Source: a virus. Taken from it: a stretch of 64,000 nucleotides of DNA. The stretch's first letter is position 1. The number at the start of each line of letters is the position of its first letter. The notes under the pieces are model-generated. The model saw only the letters and a program-made list of their open reading frames with translations. It was not told the origin of the DNA and did not search any database. The DNA lies in the IMG/VR virus record IMGVR_UViG_3300009001_000006, positions 49,833-113,832 of that record; one strand, given 5' to 3'. The position numbers and the translations under genes were made by a program. Of the stretch, positions 28,101 to 35,091 are shown one piece after another.

Positions 28101-29208
28101 CCTGTAAACCTTCGCTTAGTCTGCGAACAGCTTCATAAGGACCAACGAATTTTCCTTCTAAATCTGTTAAAGTGATACCATATTCTTTAAGGGCTTCAAT
28201 AGTTGAACCTCTTTGAATTCTTGTGAATATGGTTCTTAAACCAGTAGCGATTGTTTCAGCACCTTCACGAGTAGTGGCTCTAACGCTAGTAAATAATGCT
28301 ACGAATTCATTTAAAGCATCTGTACCCTGACTAACACCTTGACTAGCACTAGCAAACACACCACCAGTACGCTGAATAGCTTTGATAATGTCGCCAGCTT
28401 CTACAGCAAAAGCGGCTGCAACAGCATTAATGCTACCAAGAGAAGCTTCCAATTCAGAGCTAGATATACTGAACTGCTTCATTAAAGCAATGCTGCCTTC
28501 AACAGTATCGTTAAGATTATCAAAAGAAGGAGCTAGTGCAGATTTAGCTAGAGCTTCAAGTGCTGTTTTAGCTTCTTGAGCACTTAAACCAGCTTGAGCA
28601 AGTGTTACAGAAATTTGTAATAGATCTGTGGAGGCAACACCAAGATTAGTAGATAGTCTTGTAATTTCATTAGTAATACCCTGTAATCCAGCAACGCTAC
28701 TTCCGGTAACTTGACTTAACCTAATTAATTGTCTATCAAACTGAACAAATTCTTTATAGGCACTATTAACAGCATTGGTTAAACTATAAACAACGCCGGT
28801 AACAGCACTAAACGCAGCAAATCTTCTAATAGCAAGACCAGATTGCTTGCCAAATTCTTGAATCTGTGATGTGGCAGTATCTATAGATTTACCGGCGCTC
28901 GAAGTCTGTTTTTGTATTTTGGTTAAAGACTGTATAGAACCAGAACCTAAGCCACTTAAACCTGCACCTAATTGAGCAATGCTTTGATTTAATTGGGTAA
29001 CATTTTTATTGGCTAGAGCAGCATTTCTTGATAAAGACTGTAATTGTTTATTAATATTAGCAACATTTTTAGCTGCTGCTCCCTTTAGATCCAAATCGAC
29101 CTTAACTTTAATACCAGAAAGTTGCTTTCTCATTTGAGAAGCAATAGCTCTAGTATTAGTAGGACCTCTAAGATTAATCTGTGCGGTAAGATTAAATGCT
29201 GCTGCCAT
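16138..29208 (-). CDS. tail tape measure protein, 4356 aa, multidomain
   Basis: N-terminal TP901-type core (RLSQVTG...LSTNLGVAS...LAQAGLSA...NAVAAAFAVEAGDI...TREGAETIATGLRTIFTR); repeated xxGG/DTVPAMLTPGEFV motifs; position after tail tube and chaperones. Confidence 0.93.
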   Translation of the reverse strand: MAAAFNLTAQINLRGPTNTRAIASQMRKQLSGIKVKVDLDLKGAAAKNVANINKQLQSLSRNAALANKNVTQLNQSIAQLGAGLSGLGSGSIQSLTKIQKQTSSAGKSIDTATSQIQEFGKQSGLAIRRFAAFSAVTGVVYSLTNAVNSAYKEFVQFDRQLIRLSQVTGSSVAGLQGITNEITRLSTNLGVASTDLLQISVTLAQAGLSAQEAKTALEALAKSALAPSFDNLNDTVEGSIALMKQFSISSSELEASLGSINAVAAAFAVEAGDIIKAIQRTGGVFASASQGVSQGTDALNEFVALFTSVRATTREGAETIATGLRTIFTRIQRGSTIEALKEYGITLTDLEGKFVGPYEAVRRLSEGLQGLDPRDVRFGQIVEELGGFRQIGKVIPLIQQFTTAQQALAVAQGGQSSLSKAAIQAQASLAVQFEKTRQSFVALVRDIGNSTTFRTIASVSLTTANAFISLAGALKPLLPMLTALAAIKGASILSEFGSGFLGGLGKTSSGGGGATGGMPGGGGGGGGTGRGTGGGTGGGGAGGSEKDDYSDVILANTAAISANTDALTSQITIMSSNTDALSGLMKTMADLMATMQELNGTISNLNIDGGDSDSGLGLNKGGPVPRFASGGKVPGTGNRDTVEAMLTPGEYVIRKKAVEKIGVENLEQLNRGGRIKGYARGGRIEKIQAHDAYDGDSWHVSYIPESSPVGPMTSRGEGYDAYEIKKGLAWERALGQRATEIAQGAFTDSRKMSIDHSLGKALTQGQSVGGRPVHSVPNSIVNQMVAEGVALRTSNKDNVATGKVQSEKVKATQLKTLESMGNKKLVYDRERSKLASGGMVQKFAGGGGVKQGEQFGGVGIFDSDMIGAGSKDVLNAILSSGKDYDVISGPAGSGKTTFATQRFGKNFVLSADDLDKFKEFMVLSSAGETKSGDFSPQAQSIMSGARQITALIIPAEKITQQRQQRLDDALRSGSQDKRSTKQLQGTINAPTSIPQNLYDQFSNVEFLEQFASGGLVQRFDDGGDVGGIKVAKTGKINKSDIERLTEKQAAALLENPNVQKNLFTVSQLQKRIQQRQAVAQEEQELVGAKQYGLVGLYGSPRNVTAKTEDGDTVQLIGKTLDKKLSDEYEKMMTDGFEQTVAVVGNNMASRVGASAAALDKNQMEKAGLYNAIGAYLEAAIATLGAPYDKDETNDPIDFAGGIGNAAALFGIPSDIPTDTTRTVFGKGKSPNDFLGQVNRYRKQIQRFANGGSPQDTVPALLTPGEFVINKEAAKKLGSEKLNKLNKADRIQGFNKGGAVGFVQRFAGGGSVEDDKAAYVARMAEKLGMTVEKYEKMIRARIMNTAAQRADENTGYQIDIQDIITKNMESIGDADVEGVVRAQVQDLVERMYGGVDQIDPDVFGESLDDLIDMMKKGLSLEEIKAKSAEWADTLDSQIDAIDMAAEAQEKMAKELGFLTEGMKTKDIDFRAQKSLSEGKFGAFDKMDLRGAQESIESGFGKILDDIGTKFSTANLPGMARLSSSFPDVADKITMIGDKMGGLTGILGAGSTLLASKLPQLIDSFDKLTGTVSDHSEAVAGVTGALKSAGSFGLSGAVLGQQAFGRRGAAVGGAIGLAGGAVSGFIKESTAKEVENAMRGVTEASSNLDKTLSRLDMAQTIAERQELVKQLNDDYEALNQALSKSAQEIESNRIWNALSSGLEGFLSTLSTVIGFMAAARMTQAASMVPMPMGRGRRRGGRRGMAIGGRVGYSSGSDGPLVPVHLAAGEGVLSPEVASQFSDMQLQRLNNADKNGYGANPDMLDGAPMGIVPGKGSGKVDNFKTNLPANSYVIKSSSMDALRAATGGKISSGSISAKGYSGGGSISRIGYAGGGIARQGHFAGGIIGKLIVGAIRLGFRTIGPTLTKGLFKIVSPVFRTIGKFFGSGFGTMLTYVLGDTLLSGISGFFDNTAQEQQLAAQIASLEQLRKLVDLETQRITRDPESSRKFLSKVDTVERANLTAEQRRAQYASTRDASGGINDLNVLLQNQARAKLSGAGYEMGENQTVQEYLDTLSGDDRIKAEKIVVEASEEVNKRLYLQRRERQGIDLSTAQKEYESSDPEMRKKVARAIAEESGAQNRSIALNRQMIRVNRELQKFTLNLTDVMNRLGATMNRVTSEIAASSSRLSRIADEYSGGNVASADPEENAVRTLSNITAYSSQELAGVVDNINASLGDTKETRQMGDLVKGLQVMRKELPLILRDTADSGPIDAGAESNIRDRLQTMFTGVDIDKNIKKDLEDSIINYISDSTGNRQGMSYEDLANNIKGLEELDAAAEKARSTFEEYAKKQVEANRVLGGISNQLAGQLDRLKDNVIKVRDIQLQSANDLADKFNRTISLADLNAPFMGSVSGLTGGTTDAAKIGSMIAEAIAQKRALEADPNTQTSALGSGQIAKLTSKINSYQRALDILATSTDRASNALKKIDEQQRISAGRRSGVMDFLANVNNPEALMQMRQEQVSYSNVMAGTGTVNDIAQGISSLRMVESTQTPEEFARTQEAFFNNAMTILENAGGNPATIQQFRDTFAADFAPQDQNPAIQPFVDAYQEAIKQQTLAVEQQSKLIGTGAELTANALRQGADDFTSRMKTATDNIVAELNAVADRLGLGRPADSQGLATGGIVYAAAGQMINFQPRGTDTVPAMLTPGEFVVNRAATAKNLPLLNSINSGNYYNGGQVEYRAMGGQIGTGNTTAYRNFGNLKRYNKDSVDDYEANKDTVPFDYMDFIGNKDGSVSDTEVTKLNKIISDHKKQYFSPSNIIKYQRAKVLIPDWKEKEKEGQPWSSTSFDSLKDAREFAIEMEAAHGIPLFGKDSVGNASTSHPAVTGKNYGGDPKLPMEPNVRSGFNDIFERSIASRNAVDLEAYFYGLASKALPTLGGIIGGGLGVVAGTAVGVPTAGVGSAVALPLWTIGGAMAGNLIGHGVNSYAYSWLPSGWKDRIVKKVQENPGSYSAGQWTGFAAEMLLSDAGANAVIKGLYKTATPRILAKAVANTKTGVSAATMKVGEAVEKGRKLIGQKAAKLSRRTLKGKPTPSGAPDIQVPLSTKAADDLMPPPVPAAPATAVDDVKPLPGSSQIDTGVTTLDDVARMADDASPLPGTTQIDTGATTLDDVARLADDVTPPPVPPAPIPRAPRGMTSVGQGIGDELYDDSFASPIDVGGAGASADPLPAPRSLPPPTPASREAIEQHSEHSRRVFERTNAEIMDATGGENVGEDTSKYRFGQAVQARNKGLIDPLGVVNYYARRISIPEFELGGNSQDGGVAKGELLTQSARQTYEAEYLEVMDRIRDLYSQTSSPQQDKLLALTHRRDSLKQLLESDYRAQFNLGVPTKEPKFNLEPPTKPKSVEPNDLEKAMLKDSVIDDNVRLQELLVQQQQGTTVTSNAQLLAGFQQRFQALQTAKDEGTESDSTLLNKFNNTKLDYTRTFGPVKGVSDEPIKAGLLSIAATKQQVDDESEALKADMMMKAANAEWMSKSSQGKATEKQKKQTAADINKMMSKYEAQSGASTPAQLKGYLQKEADRRSELKAKHKEWDKYYKDKDNYDDKYLEFEFLQKRWKFREELGNDPEQRIGGNDTLGLRTLQYVLFNHPANASFGGTRINPFKQMDDDMLYGKPGLNLEEVMNPYTTTVNNNIQKLLKNYGQSLGIPGANPIPQTESDMDNWLKGINPDAIQLLDSDVADPGWMLDTLKNMYNVGVTDELGDTIASKFGLWSVTGAANSFNRDFGKQYEQAFLNKTRKRLQDISKQKGKEAESLPQDKVGSWEDIAGALEKYTAQMNRGIYGRANPGFAPLNFPRFGPGVGTEEQRIKKYRNAINGQVPKFIKDNFDYEFGGITSADGFDTVARRLGINMAGDALRETVLTDRNSIKRIRAGKTYAVNRALSGAGTGGAKQAAGIANLFASAGSTEISAQDRDRFTDLSGETTKKTTILGLLASALNFGQRLGITNRQARLDYVKDFDFASTLQDPIYGKYEKDLDSSILKLKPIYTLWDSLKNYFVKGDQTTARIIDENAAGVISDTQTKAGSFTIGGKQISANGFLDKYQAALAPGKDPYNMILEGGGILTESGKGGKGQQEFRGLIGAPTPFDNKEFIVSQKEIQMQEPVKRARGGSIPNYLSGGGSTLVNYQPKGTDTVPAMLTPGEFVVNRAATQKHLPLLKSINNGSMPTHMGGATYARSGGVIQARNYFDGGLSSMGRMVGGALGLDMSGAESVFNTFIRNFNSETSAFGGLINNLARVFPALGGPVNNFGNHVDKLVNALNGLKNIEIKGPNIPDTINVNSDTIRVELIAPQDSNYKLSEEDKRQIAEALQTKLQALTTLGRIA
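19753..19903 (-). repeat. ~78-bp tandem duplication inside the TMP (PLPGxxQIDTGxTTLDDVARxADD x2) in a Pro-rich linker
   Basis: Two copies are visible in both the protein and the DNA (ctagcaacatcatcaagagttgtt). Confidence 0.85.
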
Positions 29209-29230
29209 CTATAAAATACCTTATATATGT

Positions 29231-29261
29231 AAAATCCCCTACGTTAGCCATAGAGGATTTT
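29231..29261 (-). terminator. hairpin just upstream of the TMP start (weak terminator/attenuator)
   Basis: AAAATCC-CTA...TAG-GGATTTT inverted repeat in the intergenic gap. Confidence 0.45.
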
Positions 29262-29290
29262 TGTGGTGTTATAATATTAAATTAATATCT

Positions 29291-30178
29291 TTACTCAATA
29301 GTTTTTTCTGATTCTGGTTCCTTTTCTTCTTTAGTTGAGCTTTCAGGTTCTTTATCTGTTGAAGTTTCTGTTTTTTCATCTTTACTTTCCAAAACCACAG
29401 GTTTACCATCATCGTCAGTAAAAGGCACAAAATCTACAACATAATCACCACTTTCGCTAACCAAGTTTCCGTCCCTATCAACAAATTTTCCTTCCTCATT
29501 AACATACCTACCATTCTCATCAACCAATCTACCTTCTTCATCAACAAGTTTGCCATCTTTATTTACAAATCGTAATTCATCATTTACAAATTTGTAATTA
29601 ATTAAAAACTTATTTTCAGGTAATTTTTTCTCAAATTCTGAATCTAAGCCATATAACATAGCTGCCAACTTTTGTGCTCCCAACACTCCAACAGGATCGG
29701 AGGATCTATTTAAGTAATCTTCATAACTACTAAAATATACCTTCTTACTACTACTATACACCACACAGCAAGAAACTAGATAATTGAATCTAGAATTATC
29801 AGCCTGACCTTCTGCCGTATGTGTATCTAGATTAGTTCTAACAGAAATGAGTTCTTTAAGCTCTTCTCGTAAATTTCTCATCCTCAAGGCAACACCTTTA
29901 GCAGATTGTAAAGATATACCACCAGTAGCTAACTGTTTCTCAGCATCGTTAAGTTCTGTTTGAATAGCTAAAAATCTAGCTTGTTTGGCATCGTCCCATA
30001 ATCCCTGATCTTTAAGTAGATCATCTAGTTTTGCCCTAACAATTGATCCAGATTTTACAGCATCTGAAAATGCCTGATTATAAACCTTTTGTCCCTCTCT
30101 CTGCTGATGTAGGGTTGGTGACTGTACAGTAAATTCTGTTGGTTTTCCATCGATCTTTAAATTGAATGTTTCGGCCAT
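29291..30178 (-). CDS. tail assembly chaperone (putative) with 7-aa VDxxG repeats
   Basis: Directly upstream of the TMP; FVNKDGKLVDEEGRLVDENGRYVNEEGKFVDRDGNLV; acidic tail. Confidence 0.6.
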   Translation of the reverse strand: MAETFNLKIDGKPTEFTVQSPTLHQQREGQKVYNQAFSDAVKSGSIVRAKLDDLLKDQGLWDDAKQARFLAIQTELNDAEKQLATGGISLQSAKGVALRMRNLREELKELISVRTNLDTHTAEGQADNSRFNYLVSCCVVYSSSKKVYFSSYEDYLNRSSDPVGVLGAQKLAAMLYGLDSEFEKKLPENKFLINYKFVNDELRFVNKDGKLVDEEGRLVDENGRYVNEEGKFVDRDGNLVSESGDYVVDFVPFTDDDGKPVVLESKDEKTETSTDKEPESSTKEEKEPESEKTIE

Positions 30179-30181
30179 TAT

Positions 30182-30472
30182 CTATTCTCCTTGGTTATAA
30201 AAAATCTTTAGGTGATATTTGTCTACCTGATTTAAATAATTATTCAAATCCTGTATTCCGTTTCTTATCTGAGCATTGCCATGGTCTAATAAATCGCTTC
30301 TTAAATCTTCCCACTTATCTCTAAAATAAGCTTCCTGACCATTAGAAGGATCTTCGTCCCCATTCCAAAGATAGCCAAACTCATTTTCGAATCTGGCTAA
30401 TGCACCAATCATAATTGTCTTGAATCTTTTTTCCATTTGTTCAACAATTTGTCTTCTATTGTGATTTTTCAT
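30182..30472 (-). CDS. hypothetical protein
   Basis: Tightly packed ORF in the tail operon. Confidence 0.7.
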   Translation of the reverse strand: MKNHNRRQIVEQMEKRFKTIMIGALARFENEFGYLWNGDEDPSNGQEAYFRDKWEDLRSDLLDHGNAQIRNGIQDLNNYLNQVDKYHLKIFYNQGE

Positions 30473-30475
30473 AGA

Positions 30476-31537
30476 TTATCCTTTTTTAGAAGCCGCTAAC
30501 ATACTTTGTTTTTTATTAAGTTTATTTTCTAATTCCATTTTTACGTGTGGTAAATCCTGCCATTGTATATGATCTTTTGGGTCTTTAAAATCTTTAGCCA
30601 TAGCTTGCATATGTCGTATCTCTGCCATAGCTTTACCGTCGTTTAAGGCATAAATTTCTTTAGCCTCTTCTTGACTATTAGCTACAATAAATACTTCTCC
30701 AGCATTTTTATACTTTCCACCAACTTCTTCCATAAGTTTATTTTTCTTACGATCTTTTTCTGCTTTTCTTTTCCAAAATAATATCCAGCCATCCAAAGCG
30801 TCATCATCCTCTATAACAGCATCTTCTGGACACTCAGGATGCTCTCTAACAGAATCATACATTTTACTAATATTAACCAACAGCCTTTGCTCATCTGTCC
30901 ATTCATATGCTGGTGGTGCAAAAATAGCACCTTTCGCAGCATCCCAATACGATTTCCATAAATCGCTTCTTGCTACAGCTCTCAAGTTATCATGAGATAC
31001 ACCATTTTTTTGTATTACAGCCATAAAGTCTTCTAAAGCTGAAGAATCTATATTATCATTATCAAAAACTAAATTATTATTATCATCATAAATAGTGTGC
31101 GTAATAATATATTCATTTTTAACACTTTCTGCATGATATTCTAGCGTAAGATGATCCATAGAGTGTTTTTTATTCAGTAATTCTCCTATAGCATCTTTAC
31201 CCGTTTCAAGGCTAGCTTTAATCTTCTTTTTCATTGTGAGGTCGTTGTATTTAAGATACAGCTCAATCTTCATATCATCCAGTCTATTTTGTAATATCTT
31301 TAGTTCCTCTTCTTTACTACTATTCCATATTCCATTAGTATTTAATATTTTTTCAGCCTGATTCCTAGTAAGCCAATGAGTAGTATCGAATCTGTTATTT
31401 TTTAAAATATCCCAATATAGTGCATGAGATTCTTGTTTGGTTTGTAAGTTTGGTAAAACTATTTTATATCTTTGATTATTTACATAAATATAATAGCTAC
31501 CATTAATAATCCTGTATAGTGTTCCTTCTATATCCAT
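30476..31537 (-). CDS. hypothetical protein (possible second tail assembly chaperone)
   Basis: Between tail tube and TMP; HPECPEDAVIEDDDALDGW motif. Confidence 0.6.
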   Translation of the reverse strand: MDIEGTLYRIINGSYYIYVNNQRYKIVLPNLQTKQESHALYWDILKNNRFDTTHWLTRNQAEKILNTNGIWNSSKEEELKILQNRLDDMKIELYLKYNDLTMKKKIKASLETGKDAIGELLNKKHSMDHLTLEYHAESVKNEYIITHTIYDDNNNLVFDNDNIDSSALEDFMAVIQKNGVSHDNLRAVARSDLWKSYWDAAKGAIFAPPAYEWTDEQRLLVNISKMYDSVREHPECPEDAVIEDDDALDGWILFWKRKAEKDRKKNKLMEEVGGKYKNAGEVFIVANSQEEAKEIYALNDGKAMAEIRHMQAMAKDFKDPKDHIQWQDLPHVKMELENKLNKKQSMLAASKKG

Positions 31538-31547
31538 ATATTATCGT

Positions 31548-32408
31548 TTAATTAACTGTCAAATTATTATATGTTGTATAAGTAAAAGTAATCGTTGCAT
31601 TTCCGCCACCAGTATCGCCGCCACCATAAGTTACATTACTTAGTTTACAGTCTTCCATTGTGAAGGTTTTACCACATATATTTATAGCAATAGTTTGTTT
31701 ATTAAAAGCTCCACCAGTAGGACTGGCACAACTGCCTACTTGAGACCATGCCACACCATCTGTGCTTGTGGCGCTAACCTCAAACTCTACAGTTACTTCT
31801 GCTGGAAGATTAGCATAAGTATGAACCCCTTTAAAACTGCCTAATCTGAGAATTTGCTCACGACTAACAGATGTGCTAATGCTAATATTTGTAAGATTTC
31901 CGGCACCAGTAACTAAAGCTGGAGCACCACTAGCATAATGCTGTCTAGTTTTGGCTTTAGAAGTAGTGTCTAGACTGACGCCACCACAACTACCCCCTAA
32001 CTGTTTATTATCAGCAAAAAATGTTATTTCTTCAGTAAATATACCATCAACAGGGAAATTGTATGTAGCACCACTAATACCAGCACCTGTACAAGATATA
32101 GAAGCACCAGGACTACTTAACAGAGGCGATGTGTCATCACCAATACCAAGACATACGGTTTTGTTAGAAGGTCCAACATTACTAATAAAATCGCCATTCC
32201 ATATTGTTCCGCTAGTATTTGTAATAGCTCTAGTCACTGTAAATTCAACACTAGGAGCAAGATTCATAACATCTACAGGTTTTACTTGACCAAGCTGGAA
32301 AACTGGCTCAAGATCAAAAGTGGTAGTTACGCCAACACTTTGGGCGCCAGCAATATTCTGCCCACCAACGGAAATGGCGTGACAAGCATAAAAAATTCTA
32401 TTAGGCAT
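31548..32408 (-). CDS. tail tube protein paralogue 2
   Basis: Colinear similarity with 32488-33393 (NRIFYA, GAQSVG.TT.F.LE..FQLGQ, FPVDG..TEE.TF, GGDTGGGNATIT). Confidence 0.75.
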   Translation of the reverse strand: MPNRIFYACHAISVGGQNIAGAQSVGVTTTFDLEPVFQLGQVKPVDVMNLAPSVEFTVTRAITNTSGTIWNGDFISNVGPSNKTVCLGIGDDTSPLLSSPGASISCTGAGISGATYNFPVDGIFTEEITFFADNKQLGGSCGGVSLDTTSKAKTRQHYASGAPALVTGAGNLTNISISTSVSREQILRLGSFKGVHTYANLPAEVTVEFEVSATSTDGVAWSQVGSCASPTGGAFNKQTIAINICGKTFTMEDCKLSNVTYGGGDTGGGNATITFTYTTYNNLTVN

Positions 32409-32438
32409 CTGTTTTCTCTCCCTTTATTGTTTTAAAAT

Positions 32439-32468
32439 AATCGAAGGGGGCCGAAGCCCCCAATCGAT
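32439..32468 (-). terminator. hairpin/terminator with cUUCGg tetraloop between the two tail tube paralogues
   Basis: Minus strand reads ATCGATTGGGGGC-TTCG-GCCCCCTTCGAT-TATTTT. Confidence 0.8.
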
Positions 32469-32487
32469 AGTATTCCCAGAATCAATA

Positions 32488-33378
32488 TCAAGCGTCTGTG
32501 ATAGTTAATTCGTTGTAAGTGCTAAAGCTATAGGTAATAGTAGCATTTCCGCCACCAGTATCTCCACCGCTATAGTTAACGCTAGTAAGCTTGCACTTAT
32601 CGCCAAGATCAAACGTATAAGCAAGACCATCAGCGTCACAAATCTTAACAATAATTTCACGATCATTAGCAGCAAGACCACTACAAGCAGTATCTGGAAT
32701 ATCAACAGCTACTCCATCAAGGCCAGTAGCACTTACCTCAAATTCGCAAGTAACTTCAAGAGGGAAGTTAACAAAACGATGAAAAGGCTTTAAACTACCA
32801 AGCTTGTACATGCTTTCACGACCAAGGTCAGCACTAATACTAATACTAGTAATATTTTTGCCGCTAACTTCAGTTGGAATAGTGCAGTTTGGAATATCAA
32901 CATTTTGTCTTCTGAGTACAGTTTTATCTGTAGTAGCAGGAGCACTTACAGTTCCAGTAATAGCTTTAGAATTACCAACAAAGGTAACTTCTTCTGTTAA
33001 ATTACCATCAACCGGGAAAGTGTAGCTAACACTTGAAACAAACATACCGCTACAAGTAATAGCGCTAACATTAGTAAGACTAGCAGCAGTGTCATCGCCA
33101 ACGCCAACTATAATGGTGGTATCATCGTTAGCATTTTCAATTAAACTGCCACCATCCGTAGCAAGCTTCCAAATGGTACTTTCACCATCAAGCACTTTAG
33201 AAATAGTAATCTCAACCTCAGGGTCAAGTGAAATGTTGTCATATAATGCTAATTGACCAAGCTGGAAAGCCTGCTCAAGATTAAAATTGGTAGTAATACC
33301 TACACTTTGAGCGCCCTGTACGGTTGTGCCACCAACATCAACACCGTGAGAGGCATAAAAAACTCTATTATTTGCCAT
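32488..33378 (-). CDS. major tail tube protein (paralogue 1)
   Basis: MANNRVFYAS... start after a GGAG RBS; acidic and beta-rich; own late promoter and terminator. Confidence 0.78.
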   Translation of the reverse strand: MANNRVFYASHGVDVGGTTVQGAQSVGITTNFNLEQAFQLGQLALYDNISLDPEVEITISKVLDGESTIWKLATDGGSLIENANDDTTIIVGVGDDTAASLTNVSAITCSGMFVSSVSYTFPVDGNLTEEVTFVGNSKAITGTVSAPATTDKTVLRRQNVDIPNCTIPTEVSGKNITSISISADLGRESMYKLGSLKPFHRFVNFPLEVTCEFEVSATGLDGVAVDIPDTACSGLAANDREIIVKICDADGLAYTFDLGDKCKLTSVNYSGGDTGGGNATITYSFSTYNELTITDA

Positions 33379-33431
33379 AGTTAAAATCTCCATCGAATAT
33401 TATAAGGATTTAGTGGGAACACTTAAAATAG

Positions 33432-33439
33432 TATACACC
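33432..33439 (-). promoter_or_regulatory. putative late promoter motif GGTGTATA
   Basis: One of 7 RGTGTAWW copies 40-55 nt upstream of minus-strand genes. Confidence 0.65.
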
Positions 33440-33444
33440 AATTG

Positions 33445-34437
33445 TTAAATATCATCAAATATTATTTCTGCAGTTATTCTAATTTTAGCTTCTTCGAAAA
33501 AATATCTACTTTCTACCTCTGACACCACAAAATCTTTCAAATGGCACTTTTTCCATCTTAATTTATGTTTTTTAACCATTTCTCCAACTTCGTTTTCTAT
33601 CTCAAAATTATAGTCATTTTCTTCATTATAAAGAAGCTCATCGTATGTATTCCTGTTGCCATTTAAAGACCCGTCAAAATTATAGGGTAATACCCCTTCT
33701 TTAACCAATAGATTGGTATCATATAGCCAAATCACTTTATCTTCTTGTAAACGAATAATATCTATAATAGAATTTCTATGAGCTGGATTATTAGCTACTA
33801 TATGTAAAATAATATCTTGACTAGAAATCAAAGATTTATCACCTAGTTGATATGGTACAGAAGTTCCTCGTGGCACAGTCTCTATTATAATACTAGGTAG
33901 CTGAATTCGGTTTTGGTTGAATATAGCATATTCTCCGGTATTTTGATTAAACTGTGTAGTATCATTAACAATATCTGATTGAAATTGTTTCCACCATATT
34001 AAATTACTATTAGATTTATGAATTTGTACCCATCTAAAAGAATAATCCATTAACACATTACTAGAGATGGAAACCGGTTCATTAAATATGACTCTACTAT
34101 TAACATAATCTAAAATATAAGAAGAAGCTGGATTTCCGTCTACACTCACCCCACTAATCAGGGTAGGAGAAGATCCATCAAAATTCACATTTTCCCAAAC
34201 CCAATCACTATGTCTAGTTTGCCAGACCTGACCATCTGCATAATTAGGATCTTTTACTACAGCTAATTTATTTGGACTATCATTATAGCTATTAGCAGCA
34301 CTATTAACGTTAACAAAGCCTCCAACATTCAGAAAGCCCCAATCTAAAAATGATTTAAGATTATTTTCTATATTGGAAATAAATAGATAATCGTTGATAG
34401 ATCGTACACCAGTGAATTTCTCGTCGCCTACGGCCAT
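33445..34437 (-). CDS. tail terminator/neck protein (putative)
   Basis: Immediately upstream of the tail tube; RIQLPSIIIE motif typical of tail-completion proteins. Confidence 0.55.
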   Translation of the reverse strand: MAVGDEKFTGVRSINDYLFISNIENNLKSFLDWGFLNVGGFVNVNSAANSYNDSPNKLAVVKDPNYADGQVWQTRHSDWVWENVNFDGSSPTLISGVSVDGNPASSYILDYVNSRVIFNEPVSISSNVLMDYSFRWVQIHKSNSNLIWWKQFQSDIVNDTTQFNQNTGEYAIFNQNRIQLPSIIIETVPRGTSVPYQLGDKSLISSQDIILHIVANNPAHRNSIIDIIRLQEDKVIWLYDTNLLVKEGVLPYNFDGSLNGNRNTYDELLYNEENDYNFEIENEVGEMVKKHKLRWKKCHLKDFVVSEVESRYFFEEAKIRITAEIIFDDI

Positions 34438-34440
34438 ATG

Positions 34441-35091
34441 TTATTTCCTTAAGGAGTCTTCTAAAAGTTTAAAAACCTGGCCTTCTACGCTGTCTATGGC
34501 CTCTGTAATCCAGTTTTTATTAGCTGTTCCAGCAAAAGCTGGAGGAACACCCCATCTGCCACCAGATTTGCCAATCATCACAGCCTCGCCTGTTCTAGAT
34601 CTAGGATTGCTACCAAATTTAATTTCATAGTCTTTAATAATTTGTTTATCCCCAAATAATAAAAGCCATTTTAGCCATTCTAATCGGGAGCCCTTTTCTG
34701 TATTTACTACAGCTGCTGCTGTTGATAAAACATCAGAATAATCAGATTTTATCATAGATAATTTAAAAGAACCAATAATTTCATTACTTTTAATTCTAGG
34801 TTTTGTATATGTCACTTCTAAATTTTCCCAAAATCTAAGAATTTCAGACAATCTAGAAGATGCGTTATCCAACCCAAATTCTTTTCTTAATTGACCAGAT
34901 ATCAGAGATCGATAGGTGGTATGATTAGTGATGGCGCTAGAAACTATACTAACAATATCCGCTTTACATTTAGTAAAAGCTTTTTTGAAATATTTGTCAA
35001 CTTCACCAGATAGTGCTTTTAATATTTTTTGACTAATCTGCGAATTAGTTTCTCTAATTTTTATATTAGCAATAATCATGATCTTTTCCAA
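34441..35091 (-). CDS. neck/tail completion protein (putative)
   Basis: Synteny in the head-tail joining block. Confidence 0.5.
   Translation of the reverse strand: MEKIMIIANIKIRETNSQISQKILKALSGEVDKYFKKAFTKCKADIVSIVSSAITNHTTYRSLISGQLRKEFGLDNASSRLSEILRFWENLEVTYTKPRIKSNEIIGSFKLSMIKSDYSDVLSTAAAVVNTEKGSRLEWLKWLLLFGDKQIIKDYEIKFGSNPRSRTGEAVMIGKSGGRWGVPPAFAGTANKNWITEAIDSVEGQVFKLLEDSLRK

Noticed and set aside
17327-28579. Multiple plus-strand ORFs within the TMP
   Set aside because: Antisense shadows with no RBS or recognisable motifs.
29291-31537. Programmed frameshift in the tail assembly chaperones
   Set aside because: The ORFs are separate with their own starts, and no convincing slippery site was identified.
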